The notes: generated by a model from the letters alone, not told the origin. DNA of 64,000 bases from an uncultured Methanosarcina sp. (GCA_965601435.1 CBFCWE010000009.1:2467-66466), one strand, 5' to 3'. Positions 1 through 9,812 are shown, numbered from the stretch's first letter. A program made the numbers and translations.

Positions 1-2132
1 GCGTCTTTGTCCCAACCCTGCTTACCATCCTGGGGGTGATCATGTACCTGCGGGAAGGCTGGGTTGTGGGAAATGCGGGGCTTCTAGGAGCCTGGATAAT
101 CATCCTGATTGCTTTTAGTATTACTGCCTTTACAGGGCTTTCTCTTGCTTCGGTTACAACCAATATCCGTATAGGAGCCGGAGGAGCTTTTTCCATAATT
201 TCCCAGTCCCTGGGACTTGAGGTTGGGGGAAGTATCGGAATTCCCCTCTACCTTTCCCAGGCCCTGGCAGTTGCCATGTACATATTCGGGTTCAGGACAG
301 GCTGGCTCTGGATATTTCCGGATCACTCTACCCTTTTAGTTGACCTGACTGCCTTTGCCCTGCTTTTCGTTATTGCCTATATCAGTGCCAGTCTCGCTTT
401 TCGGATCCAGTACATTATCCTTGCCGTGATTGCAGCATCCCTTATATCCGTGTTCTGGGCAGGGTTTGGCACCCCGTCGGAACCAATACAGTGGTGGGGC
501 AGTTTCCCTGGCTCGCCGGAAAATGGGTTTTCGGGGATCGGGTTCTGGGGAGTTTTCGCGGTATTTTTCCCTGCAGCCACCGGGATAATGGCAGGGGCTA
601 ATATGTCGGGAGAACTCAAAAATCCCAGGAAAAACATTCCCGTGGGCACTCTAGGGGCCATAGGTGTAAGCCTCTGCATCTACCTCCTCCTGGCTTACTG
701 GTTTGCCCGTTCAGCCAGTCCTGATGAACTTGTCAGCAACTATACCCTGATAATTGAAAAAGCGATCTCCGGCCCCCTTGTGCTGGCAGGGCTCCTTGGA
801 GCCACTTTCTCTTCGGCCCTCACCTCCATCGTGGGTGCGCCGAGAATTCTGCAGGCCCTCGGAGAGCATGGGATACTTCCGAAAAGTAAATGGTTCTCCA
901 GAAAAACCGACAGGGGAGAACCCAGAAATGCCATGGTTTTTACAGGTGTCATAGTCCTCGGAGCCCTGATGCTCCGGACCCTGAACACGGTGGCTCCCCT
1001 GATAGCTATGTTTTTCCTCATCAGCTATGCCATGATCAACCTGGTGGTCTTTATCGAACAGAGCCTGGGCCTGGTGAGTTTCCGGCCCCTTTTCAAAATA
1101 CCCAGGGCAGTATCCTTCCTGGGGGCTGCAGGCTGCCTTTTTACCATGTTCATCGTAAACCCCGGCATCAGCTTCCTTGCCGTGGTCCTGGTGCTTTTGA
1201 TCCACAGCTACCTTATCCGCAAGCACCTGAAAGCCCCCTTCGGAGACGTTCGAAGCGGGCTTTTCGTGGCCCTGGCCGAATGGGCGGCAAAAAAGGCAAA
1301 TTCTCTTGCCCCTCCCGGCGAAAGGGTCTGGAAAGCCAACCTCCTGGTGCCGGTAGAAGACCCCCGGGAACTTCGAGGGACTTTTGATTTCCTCAGGAAT
1401 GTTGCGTATCCCAAGGGTTCGATTAAACTTATGGGCTTGACAGGGAAAGTGGAAGAAGATGTTCTACTCTCCCGGCTTCCAGAAATGAGCCAGGGTTATC
1501 AGGAAGAAGGGATTTTCGCTTCCTGGACTCTTATAGAGAGTGCGGAATTCGGAAAGAACCTGATCGCAGGCATGGAAGCTCTAACAGGTTCGTTTTTCCG
1601 CCCGGGGATTCTTTTTTTAAGGCTTCCCGAATCCCGGGACCGGGATGGCGAAATCCGGGAGATCATAAGGAATGCAGCCCTGCACGGGATGGGGGTGCTC
1701 CTCCTCTCAAAACACCCGAAATCCGGGTTTGGAAGGAGGAATTCCATCAACCTCTGGGTCGAAGATAGAGGGCCTGCCTGGGAAATCGGCAAGGACCTGG
1801 GAAACCTGGACCTCGCCCTGCTTACCGCATACAAGCTTAAACGCAACTGGAAAGCTTCTCTGAGTTTCACAGCCCTGATAGACTCTCCCTCCCGGATCCG
1901 GGCAGCCAGAGATTTCATGTATTCCCTTGCAGACCTGGCCAGGATCCCGAACGTAGCTGTGCGGGTGCTGCACGAGGGCCTTGAAGAAAGATCCCGAATT
2001 CCCTCCGCTTCCCTGCACATCTTCTGCATGTCCCTGAACCCGGACCTTGACATTGCCCGGGATTTAACGGAAAAAACCGGATCTTCCTGCCTTTTTGCCC
2101 TGGATTCCGGAGAAGAAAACGCTCTTGCCTGA
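1..2132 (+). CDS. Cation:chloride cotransporter-like (SLC12/CCC-type) APC-superfamily permease; 5' end cut by the window edge
   Basis: The frame is open from nt 3 (VFVPTLLTILGVIMYLREGWVVGNAG...), so the N-terminus lies outside the window. A long polytopic hydrophobic part is followed by a ~250-aa soluble C-terminal domain, the layout of prokaryotic CCC homologues. Confidence 0.75.
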   Translation, partial: VFVPTLLTILGVIMYLREGWVVGNAGLLGAWIIILIAFSITAFTGLSLASVTTNIRIGAGGAFSIISQSLGLEVGGSIGIPLYLSQALAVAMYIFGFRTGWLWIFPDHSTLLVDLTAFALLFVIAYISASLAFRIQYIILAVIAASLISVFWAGFGTPSEPIQWWGSFPGSPENGFSGIGFWGVFAVFFPAATGIMAGANMSGELKNPRKNIPVGTLGAIGVSLCIYLLLAYWFARSASPDELVSNYTLIIEKAISGPLVLAGLLGATFSSALTSIVGAPRILQALGEHGILPKSKWFSRKTDRGEPRNAMVFTGVIVLGALMLRTLNTVAPLIAMFFLISYAMINLVVFIEQSLGLVSFRPLFKIPRAVSFLGAAGCLFTMFIVNPGISFLAVVLVLLIHSYLIRKHLKAPFGDVRSGLFVALAEWAAKKANSLAPPGERVWKANLLVPVEDPRELRGTFDFLRNVAYPKGSIKLMGLTGKVEEDVLLSRLPEMSQGYQEEGIFASWTLIESAEFGKNLIAGMEALTGSFFRPGILFLRLPESRDRDGEIREIIRNAALHGMGVLLLSKHPKSGFGRRNSINLWVEDRGPAWEIGKDLGNLDLALLTAYKLKRNWKASLSFTALIDSPSRIRAARDFMYSLADLARIPNVAVRVLHEGLEERSRIPSASLHIFCMSLNPDLDIARDLTEKTGSSCLFALDSGEENALA

Positions 2133-2252
2133 TTCACATAACTGCTTGTGTTTTGCTTCTGAACCTTCAATCACTACAAAAACACCCGGGGATACTTTTA
2201 TCACGTCCCTTGCAGACCAGCATGCCAGATCATTCTAACAAGGAGCAAAAAT

Positions 2253-2825
2253 ATGAAGTGCGCACTCTGTGATGAAAAAAAATGCTATAAAGGAAAGGAC
2301 TGCACGAGCATTAAGGATGAGATTGCCTACGAAGGCGAGGACCTTGATTCTATGCAGGTCTCGGCTGAGATCGAAGCCCGCTACTATATGGAAAAGACCC
2401 GGCTTGAAGAACTCATCCTTTACGCACAGAAGATGGGCTACAAAAAGCTCGGAATTGCTTTTTGCATCGGGCTTGAAAGGGAAGCAAAAACCATCCACAA
2501 AATTCTTGCGCGGGATTTCGAGGTCTTCTCGGTCTGCTGCAAGGTCTGCGGCCTTGACAAGGAAGCTTTCGGCCTCGAGAAATTGTACGGTGAAGGCTTT
2601 GAAGCGACTTGCAATCCCATAGGCCAGGCAAAAGTCCTGAATGAAAGTGAAACTGATTTGAATATCATAGTCGGGCTCTGCATCGGGCATGACATTCTCT
2701 TTACCCGGAACTCCGAAGCCCCGGTGACAACGCTCATAGTCAAGGACCGGGTGCTTGCCCACAACCCTGCGGGAGCTATTTATTCGGGGTATTACTTGAA
2801 AAAAAGGTTCGGAATCACGGAATGA
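2253..2825 (+). CDS. DUF1847-family putative metal-binding protein
   Basis: 190-aa ORF with AAGGAG a few nt upstream of the ATG. It has a Cys-rich N-terminus (MKCALCDEKKCYKGKDC) and GLCIGHD / VKDR motifs, as I remember them for DUF1847. Confidence 0.5.
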   Translation: MKCALCDEKKCYKGKDCTSIKDEIAYEGEDLDSMQVSAEIEARYYMEKTRLEELILYAQKMGYKKLGIAFCIGLEREAKTIHKILARDFEVFSVCCKVCGLDKEAFGLEKLYGEGFEATCNPIGQAKVLNESETDLNIIVGLCIGHDILFTRNSEAPVTTLIVKDRVLAHNPAGAIYSGYYLKKRFGITE

Positions 2826-3021
2826 ATGTAAAAGGAGTATTCTGAGCTTCAAATACCTTTGACAAAAAATTGTTTTTAAATGGGGGTAAAGGAGGCTTCG
2901 AGAAGCAGCTAATCTTTTGATCCCTCCCGCTAAGCTCCGGTACACCTTAAAGGTATGATGTACCGGAAGATGTATGGCAGCTGCCTGCCCTCCTGTTCAG
3001 CCTCCATTTATCTTATCGAGG

Positions 3022-4719
3022 TTATTTTTCCCGGTTTTTCTTCTTAAGCCCGACCATCCCCAGAAGAAGGAACGCCATCATCAACATTCCCAGGACAGGC
3101 TTTACACTGGCACGGGATGTAACAAGACCCCCGTTTCTAAGCACAGGAGTGCTTTGCATATTCAGGGTATAGCTTGGATCAATACCCAGGATGAAGAGGT
3201 CCGTCATCCTGTAAAGGCCGGTGCCTTCTACGGTATAGTTGATGTATGTCTCGTTTCCTGGCGTGCCCTCGGCTTCCAGAGGTCCGACATTCCACCAGTA
3301 GGCGTATCCCTCGATTGGAGAGCTTACTGCAGTACTCCCGTCTGGATCCGTCTCATTATACACAATAGAGAAATTCGTTGGAACAATATCATACACATAC
3401 ACCACCGGAGGCGTTTCAAGGTCGCCCAGGTTGTGCACCCAGAGGGTGATGTCATATTGATTATCCGTGTCGTTCTTGCTGATGCTTTTCTTTGCTTCGA
3501 CAAGATAGCCGTTGATGATGTATATTTTCTCAATAAGTTTGTATGTTCCGTTTGTAGTTGAGTAGCTTTCGGAAAGCTGGCTTCCTGAGAGGTCCGCAGA
3601 GAGGTCAACTTCAATCCAGCCCACGGGCACGGGGTCGGGGAAGTCATTTACTGTCAATTTGCTTCCTTCCCAGGGGTTGTCGGATGAAAAACCCGTCTTA
3701 GACCCATATAGCTTATTGTCAATAGCCGAATCTTTCTCCAGCACCGTGCTGTTGGTGACGTATACGGTCATGGCAGATATCGTGAAGGATATGTTCTCAG
3801 AATCGGTATTAGTTATGGTTGGGGTGAATTCCCAGTCATCCCCGCCGCTGCCTCCCTCGCTTTCACCCAGCTGATTTTTCTCAAGGCTGATTTCGAAGTT
3901 CAGGGTGGTCGCTGTCGGGTCCCCATTCACGGCGACTTCACTTCCGGATACATCCCCATTATTAATTGTGAACTGCAGGGTTGCATTTCCAAGGTAGTGC
4001 TGCATTGAACTCTGGAGCCCCCCACTGCTGTGGGCATTTTCATCATTATCCGCAGCGGTGAAGTTGAGAGTAGCAGTTGACCCGACGCCCAGAGATTCAA
4101 TATCCCAGGTAATCACATTTCCTCCGGTTATCGAAGGAGTCCCAGATGTAGCTGATTCACCTGAAAAGGTGAAATCTGCTGTTGAATCTGAATTATTATC
4201 TGCAGCAGTCTTGATAAGCTGGATGCTGGTGATAGCTGAACTTGCATTATTTTCCAGTGTCATGGAAACGTTAACACTTCCGCCTGCGAGGATCCTGCTG
4301 GTATTGTAGCTTTCACTGAAATTTACAGGTCTTGAACCTGTGCAGTCGTAAGTTATGATTGCCGACCCTGCCGCTTCAAGGGCATTGATGTGTACTGTGA
4401 CAGAGTCTTCGGTACTCGTCAGGTTGACACCGGAAGAACTTGTGGTCCACGAGGTGGTGGCCCCTTTGTCGAAATTCACGGAAATGTCATAAAGGGCAGT
4501 TTCCGACAGTGTATTCGTTATGTTGATTTCTCCACTTCCCGAGGAAAGACCCCGGGTAAGCGTAACCCCGTCATATTCGTCAGCCAGGGTTATGGCTTCA
4601 GAGATCGAGATGTTCAGTACGTCCGTTGCGGCAGAAGCCGGCAAACTGAAGAAGCTTATCAGTATGATTCCAGTAAAAATATGTCTAATGATATCCTTTA
4701 CAATATGTGCGCGCTCCAT
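3022..4719 (-). CDS. Secreted, membrane-anchored cell-surface (glyco)protein, function unknown
   Basis: Start placed at an internal ATG, giving the signal peptide MERAHIVKDIIRHIFTGIILISFFSLPASA. The body is Ser/Thr/Asn-rich with many N-x-S/T sequons. The C-terminus is a hydrophobic helix plus a basic tail (KKKNREK). Confidence 0.6.
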   Translation of the reverse strand: MERAHIVKDIIRHIFTGIILISFFSLPASAATDVLNISISEAITLADEYDGVTLTRGLSSGSGEINITNTLSETALYDISVNFDKGATTSWTTSSSGVNLTSTEDSVTVHINALEAAGSAIITYDCTGSRPVNFSESYNTSRILAGGSVNVSMTLENNASSAITSIQLIKTAADNNSDSTADFTFSGESATSGTPSITGGNVITWDIESLGVGSTATLNFTAADNDENAHSSGGLQSSMQHYLGNATLQFTINNGDVSGSEVAVNGDPTATTLNFEISLEKNQLGESEGGSGGDDWEFTPTITNTDSENISFTISAMTVYVTNSTVLEKDSAIDNKLYGSKTGFSSDNPWEGSKLTVNDFPDPVPVGWIEVDLSADLSGSQLSESYSTTNGTYKLIEKIYIINGYLVEAKKSISKNDTDNQYDITLWVHNLGDLETPPVVYVYDIVPTNFSIVYNETDPDGSTAVSSPIEGYAYWWNVGPLEAEGTPGNETYINYTVEGTGLYRMTDLFILGIDPSYTLNMQSTPVLRNGGLVTSRASVKPVLGMLMMAFLLLGMVGLKKKNREK

Positions 4720-5034
4720 ATAACGCCCCCCATTGCCAGTTAAACGGTTGTTTTTCCCTACAATACCTGACAATTAATGATATTTTGCACTGTGGTGTGG
4801 TAAAGGAATTTACGCAGTTATTGGATATAAACTTTTTTGGATTGTTTGCCGCGCACCAGGTAAGATGGACTTACGATCAATTGTCGCTTTTTTAACTCCG
4901 AAGACGGGAAGTCCCTTTCCTCGGAAGCCGTAGGCCGACAAAACTATATGTGGATTAACTATTGTGGTAGCTTTCAGCTCCTATTTAAGAACAATAAAAA
5001 CCATAACAAGTGAAAAATCCAGAGGAATTTTCAG

Positions 5035-6423
5035 GTGGACGAAAGGAGCCAGATGCTGGCAAACGAAAATATAGGCAAACTCCTTCTCAAACTCTCGGTG
5101 CCTGCAACCATCGGGATGATGGTGCAGGCATTTTATAACCTTGTGGACACGGTGTTTGTTGGCAGGGCCTATGGGATAGAAAGTGTCCAGGCCATAGGAG
5201 GAATTGCCGTTGCCTTCCCAATCCAGATGATCGGAATGGCCGTGAGCCTTGCCATAGGGATAGGAGGGGCGTCCATCATCTCCCGCCGCCTGGGAGAAAA
5301 GGAGCCGGAAAAAGCCAGCAGGACCTTTGCAAACCTGATATCCCTTTCCCTGATTTCAAGCTTCCTGATAACCTTAGTCGGACTCATATATATAGTGCCA
5401 ATCCTGAAAATTTTCGGGGCTACGGATACGATCCTTCCCTATTCCTTCGAATACCTGGAAATAATCCTTTACGGCACGGTCCTGTTCTCCCTTGCAATGG
5501 TTACAAACAGCGTGGTCCGCTCCGAAGGAAACGCGAAAGTAGCCATGAAATCCATGATGATCTCAGGCGGGCTTAATATCATACTTGACCCCATCTTCAT
5601 TTTCACCTTCGGGATGGGAATCCGGGGAGCTGCCATTGCAACAGTGCTTGCACAGGGGATCGGGGTACTTTACATTGCCCGATACTTCCTGAGCGGGAAA
5701 AGCACACTCAAGTTCCGCCTCAGAGAGCTCAGGCCGGACAGGAAAATCACCGAAGAAGTCCTGGCTATCGGGATGTCCCCCTTTGCCAGGAACGTTTCAA
5801 GCAGCTTCATGGTCATAATCCTGAACAACCTCCTTGCCTTCTACGGAGGGGACATAGCGATTGCCGTTTTCGGGATTGTCAACCGCCTCCTGATGTTCAC
5901 CTTTATGCCCATGTTCGGGATCATCCAGGGCCTGCAACCAATAGTCGGTTTCAACTACGGAGCCAGGAACTTTGAGAGAGTGAGGGAATCTGTAAAACTT
6001 GCCATCCTTATAACTACAGGCATGTCAGTTGCAGGTTTCCTAATACTCTACCTATTTCCGGAACAGCTTTTCGGGATTTTCAGCGGAGACCTCCAGCTGA
6101 TAGCAGAAGGAAAAAGTGCCGTAAGAATCATTGTGCTTGCAACCCCCCTTGTGGGGTTCCAGGTAGTGGGCGGAGCCCTTTATCAGGCTCTTGGAAAAGC
6201 AAGACCTTCCCTATTCCTTTCCATGTGCAGGCAAGTGCTTTTCCTTATCCCCCTGGTGCTGGTGCTCCCGAGGTATCTGGACCTTCCAGGGGTCTGGGCA
6301 GCCTTTCCACTTGCTGACCTCCTGGCCTTTGCAGTAACCCTGATAATGGTTATCCGGGAGTTCAGGCTGCTCGCAGAAGCACGGGACAGGACAATAATTA
6401 ATGAACAACCAACAGTTAATTGA
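5035..6423 (+). CDS. MATE-family multidrug/toxin efflux transporter
   Basis: 462 aa, hydrophobic throughout. The N-terminal LLKLSVPATIGMMVQAFYNLVDTVFVG is typical of MATE (NorM/DinF-like) proteins. GTG at 5035, or ATG at 5053. Confidence 0.8.
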   Translation: MDERSQMLANENIGKLLLKLSVPATIGMMVQAFYNLVDTVFVGRAYGIESVQAIGGIAVAFPIQMIGMAVSLAIGIGGASIISRRLGEKEPEKASRTFANLISLSLISSFLITLVGLIYIVPILKIFGATDTILPYSFEYLEIILYGTVLFSLAMVTNSVVRSEGNAKVAMKSMMISGGLNIILDPIFIFTFGMGIRGAAIATVLAQGIGVLYIARYFLSGKSTLKFRLRELRPDRKITEEVLAIGMSPFARNVSSSFMVIILNNLLAFYGGDIAIAVFGIVNRLLMFTFMPMFGIIQGLQPIVGFNYGARNFERVRESVKLAILITTGMSVAGFLILYLFPEQLFGIFSGDLQLIAEGKSAVRIIVLATPLVGFQVVGGALYQALGKARPSLFLSMCRQVLFLIPLVLVLPRYLDLPGVWAAFPLADLLAFAVTLIMVIREFRLLAEARDRTIINEQPTVN

Positions 6424-6495
6424 TCAAGCTAAGGTTAACTTGCCCTACCCTGTTCACCGGAGTAAAGGGGTTAACTGACCGATCACTGTTTTTTA

Positions 6496-6713
6496 TCAAG
6501 GGTACACTGTCTTCCCAGGTATTCCACCCCCACCCGCAGAGAGCATCAAGGACCGGGATAACATTTTTCCGAATTCAGTCAGAGAATAACCAACTTTTGG
6601 GAAATTTCCGGATAAACTTCCCTTAAGACCATCCCTTTTTCATCGAGGCTTCCAAAGGACAATGACATTGTTTATTTTTTCTTCCCACTTACCATAAGCC
6701 CCCATTGTATCAT
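6496..6713 (-). pseudogene. Decayed HxlR-type winged-helix regulator remnant (internal deletion plus frameshift)
   Basis: The minus strand reads ...SLSFGSLDEKGMVLREVYPEISQK, then in the adjacent frame KVGYSLTEFGKMLSRSLML...stop. This matches the C-terminal wing pattern DG-hV-REVYPE-P-KV-Y-LTE-G of HxlR regulators. The N-terminal HTH part is missing. Confidence 0.4.
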
Positions 6714-6872
6714 TTTTGTTAGTAACTACCCCGTCCGTATGTATGAGATATAAGTATAGTTGTTGCAGATTAGATAGCAACAAGCGTAGATTGCCCAATG
6801 CCAATCATATAAACGCCATATACGGACACCATATAAAAATGACATAAATATTGATAACGGGAGAGAATAGCA

Positions 6873-7430
6873 ATGAAAGTCATAGGAATCGTAGGAAGCC
6901 CGAGGAAGAACGGAAACACGAACACCCTTGTCCAGCAGGTGCTTGAAGGTGCCGCAGAAGCCGGAGCAGAGACAAAAACTTACATCCTCAACGAAATGGA
7001 CTACAGAGGCTGCCAGGGCTGCAACTACTGCAAAGCCCACGAGAAATGCAAGCTTGAAGACGACCTGGCAGAAGTATTTGAGGAGATCAAAGCAGCAGAA
7101 GGCATTGTGTTCGGGTCCCCGATTTACTTTGCCCAGTTTACAGGCCAGATGCGGCTCTTCCTGGACCGCTGCTACTCCCTGGTAAACCCTGACTATTCCT
7201 CAAGGGTCCCTGCAGGAAAGAAAGCTGTGATCGTGGGTGCCCAGGGCATGCCAGACCCCGCGGCCTATGCCGGAGTCATCGAGGAATTCGGAGGAGAACT
7301 CAACCGTTTCCTGGGCATGGAAGTAAAGGACACTCTTGTAGCAGCCGGATACGCAGCTCCCGGGGAAGTCAAGGAAAACGCTGAGCTGATGGAAAAAGCG
7401 AAGAACACGGGCCTGAAACTTTTCAAATAA
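6873..7430 (+). CDS. Iron-sulfur flavoprotein (ISF-family) / NADPH-dependent FMN reductase-like flavodoxin-fold protein
   Basis: N-terminus MKVIGIVGSPRKNGNT. Carries the compact cysteine motif CQGCNYCKAHEKC (C-x2-C-x2-C-x5-C) characteristic of Methanosarcina ISF proteins. Confidence 0.8.
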   Translation: MKVIGIVGSPRKNGNTNTLVQQVLEGAAEAGAETKTYILNEMDYRGCQGCNYCKAHEKCKLEDDLAEVFEEIKAAEGIVFGSPIYFAQFTGQMRLFLDRCYSLVNPDYSSRVPAGKKAVIVGAQGMPDPAAYAGVIEEFGGELNRFLGMEVKDTLVAAGYAAPGEVKENAELMEKAKNTGLKLFK

Positions 7431-7521
7431 CGTAAAACGCTGTCAGGAAGTCTCCCCCCGGACTACTTCCTGATTTCATTCAACTCGATTCATTCAATTC
7501 TTATTCTAAAAGGGAAGAGAT

Positions 7522-8052
7522 ATGTATATGGACACTCTCGAAGCAATCCACACCCGTCGAAGCATTAGAAAATACACCGACGAACCAGTTCCCTCGGAAA
7601 CTGTCAAAGAACTGCTTTCGGCTGCCATGAGCGCCCCTTCGGCAGTCAACGCCCAAACCTGGGTCTTTATCGTAGTAGACGACCGCAAACTGCTCGATGA
7701 GATCCCGACATTCAGCCCCTATGCCAGCATGTGCAGGGGAGCCCCCCTTGCAATCCTGGTCTGCGGGGATACGACCCAGGAAAAGGCCCCCGGTTACTGG
7801 GTGCAGGACTGCTCGGCAGCTATCCAGAACCTTCTGCTGGCGGCTCATGCCCTTGACCTCGGCGCGGTCTGGACCGGAATCTACCCGATGGAAGACAGGG
7901 TTGAGGGTTTCAGAAAAGCTTTCGGACTTCCGGAGCATGTAATTCCCCTGGGGCTGGTGCCCATTGGTTATCCTGCCCAGCAGCCCGGACCTCAGGACCG
8001 GTACAGGGAAGAAAAAGTATTCCACAACAGGTACGGTCAGAAAAAAGAATGA
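7522..8052 (+). CDS. Nitroreductase-family FMN oxidoreductase
   Basis: The EAIHTRRSIRKYTDEPVP N-terminal signature and ...NAQTWVFIVV... are typical of the nitroreductase fold. Confidence 0.8.
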   Translation: MYMDTLEAIHTRRSIRKYTDEPVPSETVKELLSAAMSAPSAVNAQTWVFIVVDDRKLLDEIPTFSPYASMCRGAPLAILVCGDTTQEKAPGYWVQDCSAAIQNLLLAAHALDLGAVWTGIYPMEDRVEGFRKAFGLPEHVIPLGLVPIGYPAQQPGPQDRYREEKVFHNRYGQKKE

Positions 8053-8084
8053 AGTTGTGAAAACTGAGTGTTATTAAAAAACCG

Positions 8085-8384
8085 GTGATTTTCTTGACGG
8101 TAAAAGTAGTTGCAAAAAATCGGGTCAAACCTGAGAAAATTGAAGAATTTACGGATCTGTGCAAAACCCTTGTTGAAGAATCGTTGAAAGAAGAAGGCTG
8201 CATAGAATATGGACTGTATCAGGAATTAGAAGAACCAGGACTCCTGACCATGATAGAGGAGTGGAAGGACGAAAAAAGCCTGGACGAACACTTTAACTCC
8301 GCGCATTTTAAGGAAATAGTTCCATTGATTTCAAAATATCTTGAAAAGGAAGCAGAAGTTAATGTGTACGAAAAAAAGCTGTGA
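8085..8384 (+). CDS. ABM-domain (antibiotic biosynthesis monooxygenase-like / putative quinol monooxygenase) protein
   Basis: 99 aa with a GTG start. The VKVVAKNRVKPEKIEEF...IEYGLYQE...MIEEWKDEKSLDEHFNSAHFKE pattern indicates a ferredoxin-like ABM fold. Confidence 0.7.
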   Translation: MIFLTVKVVAKNRVKPEKIEEFTDLCKTLVEESLKEEGCIEYGLYQELEEPGLLTMIEEWKDEKSLDEHFNSAHFKEIVPLISKYLEKEAEVNVYEKKL

Positions 8385-8471
8385 TTTTATTTTTTAATTC
8401 ACAAAAAAAAACCACAGGCATAGTCAAATTTGATATAAGACATGGGTCCATAAAATAGACAGGGAGGATAA

Positions 8472-8669
8472 ACAATACCAGAGAAAATCAAGATCAATAA
8501 CAATGTATTTGTCTATCCGATGCCCATAACCCTGCTGGGAGCAAACGTTGAAGGGAAAGTAAATTTCATGTCCCTGGGCTGGGTCACCCGGGTCAATGCA
8601 AACCCGCCCATGCTCGGAATCGGAGTTCACAAATCCCATTACACAACTAGAATGTCACAAAATGCTTAA
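8472..8669 (+). pseudogene. N-terminal fragment of a flavin reductase-like (FMN-binding split-barrel) gene
   Basis: An open stretch without a proper start reads ...KIKINNNVFVYPMPITLLGANVEGKVNFMSLGWVTRVNANPPMLGIGVHKSHYT and then stops. Only ~60 of the ~190 residues expected for this family are present. Confidence 0.45.
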
Positions 8670-8874
8670 AATCTCGAAACTGCGGACACATGTTTGGAGT
8701 TGCTCGGGGCACTGCGGGACAGGGGGTTTCCTGCCCCGAATGTGGCAGACAGTACAGAATATCGATGTCAATATCTGTGAAGGTAAAACTGAACGAAATT
8801 TGACATTATAAAACAAATTTTTAGATTTTGAAAGTACTCATTTATTCCAAAAAAGCGATTGGAGGAGAAATAAA

Positions 8875-9450
8875 ATGAAAGTCGTAGCATTCAACGGGAG
8901 CCCGCGAAAAGAGGGGAACACAGCAAAGCTCATAGGACACGTTTTTTCGGAACTTGAAAAAGAGGGCATTGAAACCGAAATGGTGCAGCTTGGAGGAAAA
9001 AGCATTCACGGCTGCATAGCCTGCATGAAATGCTTTGAAAATAAGGACAAAAAATGTGTCATTGATAAAGACATCGTCAACGACTGCATCGCAAAAATGG
9101 CTGAAGCCGACGGCATAATCCTGGCCACCCCAACCTATTTTGCAGACCTGACCCCTGAAATTAAAGCCCTGATCGACCGTGCGGGAATGGTCGCAATAGC
9201 AAATGACAACCTTTTCAAGCGGAAAGGGGGAGCAGCCGTCGTTGCCGTAAGAAGGGCCGGATCAATCCATGCCTTTGACTCCATAAATCATTTCTTCACC
9301 ATCTCCCAGATGATAATCCCTGGATCCAGCTACTGGAACATGGGAATCGGGTTTGGAGAAGGGGATGTTGAGAAAGATGAAGAAGGCATCAATACCATGG
9401 AAAATCTGGGACAGAACATGGCATGGCTGTTGAAGAAAATAAACGCATGA
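8875..9450 (+). CDS. Iron-sulfur flavoprotein (ISF-family) / NADPH-dependent FMN reductase-like protein, paralogue of 6873-7430
   Basis: N-terminus [16 protein letters not shown]. Compact cysteine motif [15 protein letters not shown] (C-x2-C-x2-C-x7-C). GGAGGAG Shine-Dalgarno upstream. Confidence 0.8.
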   Translation: MKVVAFNGSPRKEGNTAKLIGHVFSELEKEGIETEMVQLGGKSIHGCIACMKCFENKDKKCVIDKDIVNDCIAKMAEADGIILATPTYFADLTPEIKALIDRAGMVAIANDNLFKRKGGAAVVAVRRAGSIHAFDSINHFFTISQMIIPGSSYWNMGIGFGEGDVEKDEEGINTMENLGQNMAWLLKKINA

Positions 9451-9553
9451 AAATTAAAGGAATGCATTATAAATAGAATTTAAGCCGAACCCGGAAGTTT
9501 TGAAGGTATTTCAGACTTCCCTACCCTGTTTTTTGATTTGTTTCCCCACATAA

Positions 9554-9597
9554 TCCGGGTTCCCACCCCGGTCGTGCTTGCACGACCGGCATTTCCC
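9554..9597 (-). repeat. Intergenic hairpin repeat, copy A (most diverged)
   Basis: The reverse complement reads GGGAAATGCCGGTCGTGCAAGCACGACCGGGGTGGGAACCCGGA, with a 9-bp perfect stem CCGGTCGTG/CACGACCGG. Confidence 0.6.
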
Positions 9598-9760
9598 TAA
9601 AAATGCAGGGAAAAAACAAAGAATATACGCAAAAACCCTGTTTTTACTTCAATTAACTTCAATTCAAGTCCAGCCCCTGATAAAAAATGGGAAAAAAGAT
9701 AAAAAGATAAGAAAAACACTGTTTACTGACTTGGACTTCATGCTTCAATAATTATTTTTG

Positions 9761-9812
9761 GGAAAAGCCGGCCGCCTTCGGCGCCCGGTGAGAGCCCCGG
9801 GACCCGAGGTCT
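9761..9812 (+). repeat. Intergenic hairpin repeat, copy B
   Basis: GGAAAAGCCGGCCGCCTTCGGCGCCCGGTGAGAGCCCCGGGACCCGAGGTCTAATCG. The stem is CCGGCCGCC/GGCGCCCGG (one mismatch) with a TTCG loop. Confidence 0.65.

Noticed and set aside
2941-2970. The hairpin CCGGTACA...TGTACCGG downstream of the DUF1847 gene. Considered as another member of the hairpin-repeat family.
   Set aside because: It lacks the conserved GGAAAAGCCGG and CCGGTGAG flanks. It is probably just a local terminator-like stem.
8690-8803. A 37-aa mini-ORF, MFGVARGTAGQGVSCPECGRQYRISMSISVKVKLNEI, with half a zinc-ribbon motif, downstream of the flavin-reductase fragment.
   Set aside because: Only one CxxC pair is present, there is no Shine-Dalgarno, and it lies in a region that looks like deletion debris. 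It cannot be supported as a gene or assigned as a remnant.
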